DNA of 63,177 bases, filler included, from Octopus bimaculoides (GCF_001194135.2; 5 parts of 4 records of this genome joined end to end with filler, not necessarily neighbours in it), one strand, 5' to 3'. Numbered from the whole stretch's first letter, positions 12,180 to 24,283 are shown. The notes: a model not told the origin generated them from the letters alone. Made by a program: numbers and translations.

Positions 12180-12724
12180 AACTGTATGCATATAGCTGCG
12201 TGTGTGTATAAAACAAACCAGAAAATGATATAAAAAAACGCAGCATAGAGGGTTAAGGAAGGAGACGAAAGCGGACATAAATAAATTGCAAATAAATATA
12301 CAAATAATACAAGAATCAAATATATATAAATATATTATGAAGGTATAATAGGCATATAGACACATATAAATATAAACATATATAAATATATACATATAAA
12401 TACATTGAATATGTAAAGATATATAAAAAATAAATATAGAAAAATATGAATGCATATTAGACATATAAACGTGTAGTAAATATAATATAAATAATATATT
12501 ATTGTATAAATATATTGAGAATATCATAAAACTATGAAAAATAATTCTAAAGAATCCTTTTTCTTTTCAGTCTTGAGATGTTTGGTAATGCTAAGAATGG
12601 CACTTGGAGTGGCGTGGCAGCATGAAGAGAAGTGTCAGTGTGTGTGCATGCGTGATGCCACATGTAGATGTATGTATGGGAATGCAGAGCAAAGTGAATG
12701 AATGCGTGTGTGTGTGTGTGCGCA

Positions 12725-12933
12725 TTACTGTGTAGACTGCTGAAGATTGGATTTTGTGTATATATGTGTGTCTATGTATGTGCGTGTATAGAGTAAAGAC
12801 TGTGTGTGTTTCTGTACATATGTCTGTATATCAGGTTTTTCACACATGGAATTGCAGGTGTGTATATGTATGTATGTATGTATGTATATGTATGTATTGT
12901 ATGTCTGGTAATATATATCTGAATTGATGAACA

Positions 12934-12964
<31 letters not shown>

Positions 12965-13001
12965 GTGTTTTTGTGTATATATGTGTGTGTGTATGTGTGT
13001 G

Positions 13002-13056
<55 letters not shown>

Positions 13057-13414
13057 GTGCGAGTGTGTGTGTGTGTGCTGTACATGCATTTGAATGTCTG
13101 AGTGTATATGAAATTTTGGGTGCATTATACATGGATGTGCGTGAGTGTGTGAGAATGAATAAGAGAGAGAGAGAGAGAGGAACTACATGTATATAAATAT
13201 ATTCTACATTAATATATATGAACATATACACCCATACTCATTTTTCCATCCATCCATACATACATACATACTTACATGCTCACATATAGACATACAATTC
13301 ACCATAGACAAAATCTGATACACAGATGTACAGAATTTTACACATACACACACTTGTTGAACCACACAAATGTTTTTACACAAACAGATACACACCCACG
13401 TGTGTGGGCGTGTA

Positions 13415-13476
<62 letters not shown>

Positions 13477-13909
13477 CATATATAACGTGTGTCATTGTGT
13501 ACAGGTACAAATTCACATAGATGCAGAAACATAGGTATAAACACATGCTCACATGCACACAATATCAAATGGGAAAGAAAAATATTGCTCACAAAGGAGT
13601 TAATGTGAGAATATATATTCAAACAAACAAGTGGGAAAAAGAGAATGAAGGGATATATATAAGCATATACATAAATATGTACGTGTTTATATTTTGTTTT
13701 GTGCGTGTAAATATGTATAAACTAACCATTTTGTGTTTTCACAAACATATTTACATGTATTCATAAAAGCATAAAGTGTGTGTGTGTGTGTGTGTGTATA
13801 TTTGTATGTGTATTTATGTATTTGAATGTGTATTTATATATGTGTGTGCATATTTATATACATCATGTATATTTATATAAGTATATTTGTATATATGTGT
13901 GTATCTTTG

Positions 13910-13942
<33 letters not shown>

Positions 13943-14560
13943 ATGTATATATATATGTGCAAAAGTATGTGTATATATATGTGTGTGTGTGTGTATGTAA
14001 AAGTATGTATATATATATATATATATATTTGTCATAATTCTATATAAAAGTCCTCCTTATAAGTGTGTATAATTATATATTTGTGGGTGTATATATNNNN
14101 NNNNNNNNNNNNNNNNNNNNNNNNNNNNNNNNNNNNNNNNNNNNNNNNNNNNNNNNNNNNNNNNNNNNNNNNNNNNNNNNNNNNNNNNNNNNNNNNNNNN
14201 NNNNNNNNNNNNNNNNNNNNNNNNNNNNNNNNNNNTATATATATATATATATATATATATCCTAATATATGTAAAAATATTAACAAATATAAAAGTATTC
14301 AAACATATATATATCAATGTTTGTGTTTGTAAATATATATTACGTTTATGTGTTTGTGTATATATATGTGTGTGTGTGTTTATGTATACAGGTGTATATG
14401 CGTATAATACACATACACTTGAATACAGAAACACACACACACACATATATAATATAATACATGCACACACACACACACACATGCAAATATAAATACATAT
14501 AATATTTGTGCATAGAGAAACAGCCATACATAGACAGGTATATACACTCATAGATTCCAA
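12725..14560. repeat. Extended compound (TA)/(TG)/(CA) low-complexity tract
   Basis: Nearly continuous dinucleotide microsatellites; these produce the many YIYI/HTHT/CVCV pseudo-ORFs. Confidence 0.9.
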
Positions 14561-14937
14561 TTAACCTGAAAGTCTTTGATCTCCATTTGCCATTTTTTAT
14601 GCCAAACTCTCAGATCCTTATTTTCCCATCTTTTTTTCTTTGTCTTCACATTCTCTTATATTTCAACACTTGCTGAGTCTGTGATTGCATTTGTACCTCT
14701 GCCGTTTGTGTGGGAGTCAGAGCAGATGGATTGATTCTGTGAAGATTTAGTGATATTCATACCTTTTCATGACAGTTGCCTTATATAGATTAACCTAAAT
14801 TAAACTGCTTACATCTTTGCATATCTTTACATATACACTCTCTTTCTTCCTCTCTTTCTTCCTCTCTTTCTCTCTCTCTTTCGTCCTCTCTTTCTTCCTC
14901 TCTTTCTCTCTCTCTTATGTGTGTGTGTATGTGTTTT

Positions 14938-15585
14938 TTTTATTTGTTTCAGTCACTTGACTGTGGCCATGCTGGAGCACCACCTTTAGTTGAAGAAATC
15001 GAGCCCAGGATTTATTCTTTGTAAGCCTAGAACTTATTCTATTTGTCCCCTAGGCTGAACCGCTAAGTTATGGGGACGTAAGCACACCAGCATCAGTTGT
15101 TAAACAATGGCAAGGGGACAAACACGCACACACACACACGACGGGTTTCTTTCAGTTTCCGTCTACCAAATCCACTCACAGGGCTTTGGTCGGACCAAGG
15201 CTACATGCTGGAGCACCGCTTTTAGTTCGAACAAATCGACTCCAGGACTTATTCTTTGTAAGCCTAGTACTTATTCTATCGGTCACTTTTGCTGAACTGC
15301 TAAGTTACGGGGACGTAAACACACCAGCATCGGTTTGTCAAGCGATGGTGGGTGGACAGACACAGACACACATATATACATATACAAATATATATATACG
15401 ACGGGCTTTTTCAGTTTTCGTCTTTCGGGCTTCTTTTAAGTTTCCGTCTTTCGGGCTTCTTTCAGTTTCCGTCACAAGGCTTTAGTCGGCTCGAGGCTAT
15501 AGTAGTTGCCGAAGTAGTCACGCTGTGGGACTGAACCTGGAACCATGTAGTTGGTAATCAAGCTTCTTACCACACAGAGCCATCT
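14938..15585 (-). mobile_element. Composite of two SINE family A copies with an internal tandem triplication
   Basis: The tail occurs twice (about 14940, 15205). The unit cgggct.ttt.agttt.cgtcttt occurs three times at about 15399-15473. Confidence 0.8.
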
Positions 15586-16103
15586 GCGTGTATTCATACT
15601 GGATGTTTTTGTGTTGATATATATATTCGCCTTCCATATCAACTAGCAGTTTCCAGTCACGTCAGAAACTAGCGGCACCTGTATGTTGTTAGTCACCGAT
15701 TTATATAAACGCAAAACAGATACAAAACCCCTAACCGACCTCCGAAACTCTCTAAATTAGTATAAATATTTAAACACACACACGCACACACTGACATATA
15801 TAGATATATCTGTACACAGACCAAAATTGACCTGCAAAACAACAGTAAAGGAATTTCTATAAACACGCGCACATGCAGACCCACATGTGTACACACACAC
15901 ACAAGGCCAAAATTGACCTCTAAAATACACTTAACGAATTACTATAAACATATACATACTATATACATATACTATATACATACTATATATATACATACTA
16001 TAAACATATACATACTTGCGTATATACAACCATTGTTGACCGAAACTTGAATAAGAAAAAGGTCACGAAACGAACTAAATTGAAGATAGACACGTTCACG
16101 CAC

Positions 16104-16144
<41 letters not shown>

Positions 16145-16670
16145 GATACATGCTCACACATGTATAAACACTCACGCACACAAATACCCACTCTCACATA
16201 TACACACACACACGCATACACATACATTTGCGCAGATACACTCTTACACTTTCTAACAACGACACAAACGCACAATCATTCACACACGTACACACTCACA
16301 CACGCGTGCGCGGGCGCGCGCACACACATGAAGCAAATGTGTTATAATGTGGGACACGGTCGTTCAGTTGTTGTTGTTGTTGTTGTTTTGGCAGTTGGTG
16401 AGAGGAGGAGGAGGAGGAGGGCGAGTCGGAGTGACGGAGAGGAACGACCTAGTTACATGGCCCTGGTGTGTGACAATATTCCCACTTGGTGGAGCTAGTA
16501 GTAGTAGTAGTAATAGTAGTAATAATAACAACAGTAGTAGTAGCAGTGGTGGTGGTGGCGGCGGTGTTGTATATACATACATAGTGCTGTTCATTGTGGA
16601 GGGTAAAAGAATACTGTAGCAATAGTAATTGTTATATATATATATATATATATACACACAAATAGGTAGT

Positions 16671-16705
<35 letters not shown>

Positions 16706-17161
16706 GCGTTTTAATAGTAAATTATTGTTTTATAATGACGGCAGGAGAGAAAAAAAAGTTTTGTAACTAATTGCTGCAGAATATGGTTGAAGATGGCGCG
16801 CGCACTTCATACATATANNNNNNNNNNNNNNNNNNNNNNNNNNNNNNNNNNNNNNNNNNNNNNNNNNNNNNNNNNNNNNNNNNNNNNNNNNNNNNNNNNN
16901 NNNNNNNNNNNNNNTATATATATATATATATATATACACACACATATCTAATGTATATGTGATATATATATATATATATATACATATACACACACCCATT
17001 ATTGTTGCTAGTATTATCTTTTACTGTTTAATCTCATTCGTGTTTTCATGTGTGGATTATCTATATACATACATAGATATCCGTATATGTTACTCTATCG
17101 GTACACATGCTTGTCTATGTGTGTGTGTGTATATATATATGTGTGTGTGTGCGTGTGTGCT

Positions 17162-17350
17162 TTTATTCTTTTACTTAAGTAATTTGACTGCGGTCATGCT
17201 GGAGCAACACCGTTAGTCGAGCAAATCGACGCCTCAGGACTTTATTCTTTGTAAGCCTAGTACTTATTCTGTCGGTCATTTTTGCCGAACCGCTAAGTTA
17301 CGGGGGTCGCAAGCATACCAACATCTGTTGTCAAGCGATGGTGGGATGGG
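17162..17350 (-). mobile_element. SINE family A, tail half
   Basis: tttgactgcggtcatgctggagc...gccgaaccgctaagttacggggg. Confidence 0.85.
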
Positions 17351-17724
17351 TGATCAACACACACACACAAACATATTACAAATATACTATAGTGGGATAG
17401 GCCGGTCTATGGTTTACTCCATACATAAACCGGCCTACCCCATCATAATCTTTTTTTTCTACTCTAGGCACAAGGCCCGAAATTTAGTTGTAGTAGTAGT
17501 AGTGTTTATAATAAATTGTTGCACGTACTTCAGAGTGAAGTATGACATATGCAGAAATGTTATCTTGCTATATATATAATCGTATATAGATTACTTAGTT
17601 TGTGTCTTCCGTCTTGCTATAATATACACACCTCATTGAACCTTATCTTGTATTAATCCAATATCATTCATCATACACGTGTGTGTGTGTGGGTGCTGGA
17701 CGTTTGAGTTCTCTCCATATATAT

Positions 17725-17870
17725 TGCTTTCAAATTTTGGCACGAGGCCAGGAGTTTCGGGGAAATCGATTACATCGATCCTAGTGCTCAACTGGTACTT
17801 ATTTTATCGACCTCCGAAAGGATGAAACGCAAATTCGACCGCGATGGAATTTGAACTCCGAACGTAATTT
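17725..17870 (-). mobile_element. SINE family B
   Basis: ttcaaattttggcacgaggcc...ctcaactggtacttattttatcgacctccgaaaggatg. Confidence 0.85.
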
Positions 17871-17876
17871 CCCCGA

Positions 17877-17922
17877 GACACCTGATGAAGGCTGGAGGGT
17901 ATATCAGCTGAAATGTTGTGTT
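17877..17922 (+). ncRNA. Minimal type-I hammerhead ribozyme-like motif (probable Penelope pLTR fragment)
   Basis: GACAC-CTGATGA-A-GGCTG(gagggtatat)CAGCT-GAAA-TGT-T-GTGTT: intact catalytic core, 5-bp stems I and II, stem III ATGT (decayed ACGT). Confidence 0.6.
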
Positions 17923-18230
17923 AGCAACAAACAAGATGAGGACAAATATCTGTCCAATGTAAATGATGTGATATGAAGTGTTCTGCCCAAGAACACAACG
18001 CATTGCCCGGTCTGGGAATACGAGTCCAACACCCTAACCTCTACCCCATGCGCCTCCACTCCCTCTGCTTGTTAATTAGTGTGTGTAACTTTTACTGAAA
18101 GAAGGCTAGGCTAATTGGTCGGTCCTGGGCTTATACAGTAGGAGACACCTGCCCAAGATGGCACGCAGTGGGACTGAACCCAAGACTTCATGCTTGGGAA
18201 GCAAACTTTTTAACCATTCACCCACTACTG

Positions 18231-18278
<48 letters not shown>

Positions 18279-18396
18279 CATGCATACGTGTGTGTGTCTA
18301 ATATAGCAAGTAAGCCGACCTCAGAACTGCTAATCGTTTCGATATTAACTGTGTCGCAATTTCCCCATCCCACCTACGAGTGTGACTACATTTGTG

Positions 18397-18433
<37 letters not shown>

Positions 18434-19163
18434 TCTATTCTTGTGAAGAATTCCGGTCGTGTATCTTCTCGACAAACACATTTGCAACTTCGTGAAAGGA
18501 ACCATGTTTCTTTTCTTTTCCCTTTCTTTTGTTTTCGCAGTATTAAGGTCAATGACGACGTTGAAGAAACCTTTCACTCGCCCCATCAGCATCGGAATAA
18601 AAACTAAATAAAAAGAAAACAAACTTCATTCTTCCATCATCATCGTCGTCATCACTTGTAAAATTTCTTCGTTCACTGCTGCTATTGTGCGCTTTTTACC
18701 TTCACCTGCATCTTGCTGTCGTCATTATCAACATTTATGTTCCGAGTTCATATGTTGCTGAGGTGCACTTTTCCTTTGGTACTCCCTGGGTCGATAAAAT
18801 AAAGTGCCAGTCAAATACCGGCCACCGATAGCAATCAACTAAGTCCCTCTCTCTCTTTCTCTTTCAAATTTGTTGGTCTTAATGCTAAACTGGACACAAA
18901 TGGCGGCGAGGTGTCGGATTTAACAGGGCGTCGGAAAAAAGCGGCTTTGTGCAGTATTTCTTTCGGTCCTTTACGCTGTGGTAATCTTTACCTTTCATGC
19001 TTGCTCCCTAGGTCGATAAATGGCAGGCTTCTTTCAGTTTCCGTCTACCAAATCCACACTTTGGTCTACCCGACATTATAGTAGAAGACAATCGCCCAAG
19101 ATGACACGCAGTGGAACTGAAGAGCTGCAGGCACAAATAAAACCGGACTGAAACAAGTAAAGA

Positions 19164-19201
<38 letters not shown>

Positions 19202-19634
19202 TCTTTACTTGTTTCAGTCCGGTTTTATATATATATACACTGCAATAGTGTGTATACACATACACACTGACATTATCTACCTATCGATATGGATAGATAG
19301 ATAAACAGTAACTCAAGAGCCGATAGTTTCGTCCGTTAGCACTTATCGAGTTTCACACGAAACTCTCATCTCTTGAGTCAGTCCATTGCTTCTGCTAAAT
19401 AATAATAATAATAATAATAGTCGTTTCTGCAATAGGCACAATGTCTGAAATTTGTGGGGAAAGTGTAAGTCGATCACATCGATTCCTTTACTGAACCGGT
19501 ACTCAATTTAATGATCCCGAAAGGACGAAAGGCAAAGCATAGACCCCCGGCGGGATTTGAAAATAATAAGAAGAAGAAGGATGTGTGTTTGTGTGTTGCT
19601 CCTGCATGGCCACAGTCTTAGGGCTGAAACGTAT

Positions 19635-19734
19635 NNNNNNNNNNNNNNNNNNNNNNNNNNNNNNNNNNNNNNNNNNNNTTAATTAATTAANNNNNNNNNN
19701 NNNNNNNNNNNNNNNNNNNNNNNNNNNNNNNNNN
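19635..19734. other. Artificial scaffold gap marker (44 N + TTAATTAATTAA + 44 N); also at 27339-27438, 56730-56829 and 59860-59959
   Basis: Identical 100-bp layout four times; the 12-mer gives stops in all six frames. Confidence 0.95.
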
Positions 19735-20160
19735 GACAGAACTTTCGGGCCGGGGTCCATGGATAACTTACAAAAGTCCCTCGCCTGGCAGTGCTACCAA
19801 GGGGCGCTGCCTGTACGTGATAAACTCTACCGCCACGGAAGTGCCGTCAGCCGGGCCTGCCCGAGGTGCGCTCAGAGCGACGAAACCGTTCAGCCGGGCC
19901 TGCTCGAAGTGCGCTCAGAGCGACGAAACCGTTCTGCACGCACTCGTCCAGTACCCGAGTATTGCTGACTTGTGGGGTTATGTCGAACAGCTATTGTCAC
20001 GTATAGGACGGATCCGGCTATCAGCTGAATCCATAGTGAAGATTGCCCCGCCGACCTTCTTTAGCCGGGAGGGAAAGGCAATTTTCATTTGTCTAGTGGC
20101 TGTAGCGAAAGAAGTGGTATGATGGACCCGTTTGGAAGGGCTAAAGTCAGACATTATCGA
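19735..20160 (+). mobile_element. Tx1/L1-clade LINE ORF2 C-terminal (zf-RVT) remnant
   Basis: SLAWQCYQGALPVRDKLYRHG...RACPRCAQSDETV / LHALVQYPSIADLWGYVEQLL matches the W..L...LP....L, CxxC...ET..H.L..C..(W) pattern. A 43-bp duplication causes a frameshift. Confidence 0.85.
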
Positions 20161-21164
20161 GTAGACTTATGATCAAAAGCATTCTAGCCAGGACCATCTT
20201 CTCTTCTAGAGCGATATAGGTAGGCTGTTACTGTCCCTTTGTTTTTTTTTTCAAGAGAGTAGGACTGATATGTGGGCATTGTTAGCTAGAAGGACTAACT
20301 TCTATGTAGAGGTTCCTTCGAAAAGATCTAGTTTGTAATCAGTAGAAAAATATAACGAGCTGACATGATCATGAAGTGAGATAAAAAGTAGTATAAAATA
20401 TTTTATGTTATTGATATTGATTAAAAAACAACAATTAACAGCACTGGCTGCGGTGAAGAAGCCTACATTTACACAATGGTTAGGCATTTTAAGCTTCAAA
20501 CTGGAAAAGACTAGTAATTTTCTAAGCATCAGCTATTGCACTCCCTCTCCTTTTTTTTACTCTCTCTCGAACTGAGTTTATCTGTATAGGTGGTCTCTTC
20601 TTGTCATTGTGTATCATTTTGCAAAACTAAGATGATGTGAAAGGAAAATTAGAAAAAAAAGAAAAACATTCAATATCAACAATAAAGAAATGACATCAAT
20701 ATAAATATATACACTGATATATAAATGCTTGTACACACACACGCGCGCGCGTCGCACACATACATATATACGTACACATGTATATAAATGCACGCGCGCA
20801 ATTACTCATACACAAATTGCTTTACTATAACGGATGAAGATGGATTGTGCGTCAATTCAGAAGAAAGAATAAAATATAAAAGCTTGACCAAACGACAGGT
20901 AACGGTGTTTTAACACTTTAATCGAAATCATTGTGAGAGATAATTAATTACTTGTTGCTGTACCTCTGGTGAGAAGGAGAAAATCGTCTGAATTCCCTTT
21001 CACAAATGATATCATTAATAGATATCTTGTCGATAAACGAGAAACCAAAGGTCTTGGTTTTGTCAAATAAACGTTGCTCATAAATAAAGATGTTTTCTAA
21101 CCCTTTAGCATTTAAACCGACCATATCCAGCCCAAACAGTCTTCTTGCTTTATGCTCGAGAAAC

Positions 21165-21527
21165 TTTAGTCGAACCAATCGACCCCAGTACAAATTTTAT
21201 TTTTTTAATCTGATACTTATTCTATTTATCACTTCTGCCGAACCGCTATATGACAGAGACGTAACCACACCAACACCGGTTGTCAAGCGGTGATAGGGGA
21301 CAAACACAGATACAAAGACACCCACACATACACTCACTCTTTCGCACACACGCACACACACACACACACATTTAAATATGTATACAACAGGCTTCTTTCG
21401 ATTTTTGTCTACCAAATCCACTCACAAGTCTTTGGTCGGCCCGAAGCTATAGTAGAAGACACTTGTCCAAGGTACCACGTAGTAAGACTGAACCCGGGAC
21501 CTTGTGGTTGGGAAGCAAACTTCTTAC
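21165..21527 (-). mobile_element. SINE family A, near full length
   Basis: tttagtcgaaccaatcgacccc ... ctaccaaatccactcacaag ... gtggttgggaagcaaacttcttac. Confidence 0.85.
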
Positions 21528-22025
21528 GATTATCTAATAATAATTTTTCTGATGTACTCTAAATAATACAAAGAGAGAGATTTTTCTATTGACGGGGAAT
21601 TGTTGTCAAGCTTTCTTGTATTCGCAGATGCTGCGTTTTGTTCACTGCTATAACAGCTCATTTGCTATTTTTAGCCCTATTATAAGCGTCTGGGCCTGAA
21701 ATCAGTATCAGAACCAGGATCACGATCAGTACTTGACCCTGGTTCATTTCAGGCCCGGTGATAAATGCTCCCATTCACCATTGACATTTTGATTTTCTTC
21801 CTACTAATAACATATTCTACATGCTTTGTAGTTAAACCTGGATTAATTCAATCTTGATATAATGTAAATTCTCTCATCAATGACTTTGATTCTCCAGTCT
21901 TCAATTTACATTGTAAGGTGTTCTCGATAACTGTAATCTAGCCAACCACAATTTAAGAACACTTATCAAAATATCTGGATTATTGAAGCTAAACATAAAT
22001 GCAGGCACTTTTTTAAATCGCTAGT

Positions 22026-22026
22026 T

Positions 22027-22062
<36 letters not shown>

Positions 22063-22320
22063 GTCGTCGTCCTCGGTATCATCCAAATCCTCATTCTTCT
22101 TCTTCTTCTTCTTCTTCTTCTTCTTCTTCTTCTTCTTCTTCTTCTTCTTCTTCTTCTTCTTCTTCTTCTTCTTCTTCTTCTTCCTTCTCCTTCTCCTTCT
22201 TCTTACCACCACCACCACCATCTCCACCATTATCACCATCATCATCACCATCATCATCACCTTCATCGCTGCCGCCGCCACCACCACCATCACCACCACT
22301 ACCATCACCACCACCATCTC
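22026..22320. repeat. Compound trinucleotide array (TCA)n-(TTC)n-(CCA/TCA)n
   Basis: Directly visible; the pure (TTC)n run spans about 22096-22182. Confidence 0.95.
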
Positions 22321-22899
22321 AGTCAGAGCAAACAATTTCTCTCGATGAGAATCAAATGCATGACTATCTCATCATTGCTAAATTTCCATCTGACCGCCAA
22401 GGTCATGACTTTGACCGAAGTATACTATTTTAGGACTCGAATCCTCTTTTTCTCAAACAGTCCATCTTCTACCACCTGTGAAACTGTCCAATCCAAGCTT
22501 AGTCCATCTCTACAACCATTAAAAAACTAACTACTCACTAACTACTCATACACTATGTTAAGTTTTCCCCCATTGTGCAGCATCTTAACTCCTTCGTTCT
22601 ACTCCACTAACCTAGTCTTCCTAGCTCTGTTTCTACGCCGATTAATATGGCCGCACGCAACGCACAAACACCTACAAAGAATATCATCCGATCAACTACC
22701 TATTGAGTGACGTCATTGGTTGGGCTGCTTCTTCTAGCAGGCCACTCAGGCTGGAATTCTTCGACTTAATATTTTGTTTTGACATCATTCCAGAGCCCAT
22801 CTTAGTCAAATGATCAGCGATTTGTGAGTGAATATTACAAGATTGAAACTGTGCGGAAATCCGTCAGAGGGTCTGTTCTTGGGTCGTAAACTTATTCTT

Positions 22900-23350
22900 T
22901 CGCCCAATTAACATCACCAGCTAGCTATCCGGTGCCTTTAGCGAAGTTCATTCTACTGTTGCCTTCGAGTTAGATTTCCTTCTTACCTTTTCACCAGTCA
23001 CAGTCGTTCTGAAAAGAATCTTCACAACATATATTCACTTTCTCGATACCGTCAATAGTTCTTTCTAGTATCTACTTACAATTTTTTAATTTTTTATCCA
23101 GGATCACAACGCCTGCAACGTTTCCCCCGCTGCACTGTTGGCTTTCAAAACAGCTCAACACTCTGATGTACTCCTTTCTTTTAAGCAGCTGTTACATCTA
23201 ACTTCTGCATTTCTCGTCTCTCCAATGTAACAATATCTTAGCCGACATTATATGTAATCCGGTGTCGCTTCCATTTGAACTTTTAAGTTTTGTAGCAATT
23301 CCATCACAAGAGATACCTTCACGATGCACCACGGATCTAGTTGACTGCAG
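22900..23350 (-). mobile_element. Possible very old RTE-type LINE endonuclease remnant
   Basis: The reverse strand gives fragments IGETRNAEV and SGGNVAGVVILDKN, resembling the (S)ETR and GVG.L motifs of APE domains. There are many stops and frameshifts. Confidence 0.35.
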
Positions 23351-24283
23351 GCCTAGTTAACCACTAAGATATATCTAATGTTTCTCCCTACTGAAATACC
23401 ACGATCCAAATACCTTCAATGCCAAAGAACTACAATCTAGCGCAAGCACTACCATTCATCGTAGCCTCGTTAAATGTTTACACATTTCAAAAGCACCAGC
23501 ATCTAAAAACAGTTGAGCTAGCGTCAAATTATGTTCAAAGGACCACTAACTAAATCTATCTCAGTCATGCGGAATCAAATGTAGTTAAAACCAAGCAATT
23601 TTTGCTTGACAATGCAAAAAACCAAATAACAACTATATAAAAAAAAACAGCCATAAGGTGAGTTCGGTGATTTGTGTGTCTTATTACGTACCGTTGTCCT
23701 GCGGTAGCCAGATACTAGTATAGTGAGGCGTCAGTGCTGTATAGGGATGATATTCTATTGTATCAAAATGCCACTATAAAAGTTAAATTAACAATTGAGA
23801 GTTTGTTATAAGTTCAGATTACTATGATAAAACATTCGATGAAAAACAAAATGCCGTGTATTGTTTTATGAAATAGTTATTATACTGTATTAGAAACTAC
23901 TAAATGAAAATTCAACATTTTAGAAATTTATTGTTGGTAATGTTTTTAAGAATACATGTACTGAGTTCATTACGTTAACTTACAAGACACATCGGCATGA
24001 ATCAACTGCAGGTTTATTCAAGCCAATGTGGCCACTGGCTTAACCATGTTATTTCAATTATCTTCAAACGGTGCGACTCAGAGGTAGCCTCTATTATTAT
24101 CAAACTGTTCCATCTCTCACCTCTCTCTTTCACACACAATAATCTATCCCATTATTTGGAAAGAAACTACATCATCTTTCCCACAACGACTGCCATGACC
24201 TTTGCAACAACCAAACTATCATTCTCACTTCCCACATCTCAAAGCAGATGGAAGCAGCCTTAATCAACCACCTTCTTCAGCAC

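Noticed and set aside
12725-14560. Many YIYI/HTHT/CVCV-rich ORFs, also at 43.5-44.4 and 60.4-61.7 kb
   Set aside because: These are translations of dinucleotide microsatellites with no coding signal.
16440-16500. Minus-strand peptide KWEYCHTPGPCN resembling the kringle WEYC.IP.C motif
   Set aside because: The spacing is wrong, it is preceded by trinucleotide repeats, there is no acceptor or other kringle cysteines, and a stop follows immediately.
19679-19690. Recurrent palindromic TTAATTAATTAA (4 copies)
   Set aside because: It is always centred in 44+44 N, so it is a synthetic six-frame-stop gap linker.
22021-22335. 104-aa poly-V/K/D ORF; similar poly-T/poly-Y ORFs at 9.7-10.0, 34.5-34.8 and 51.3-51.8 kb
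   Set aside because: These are trinucleotide-repeat translations.
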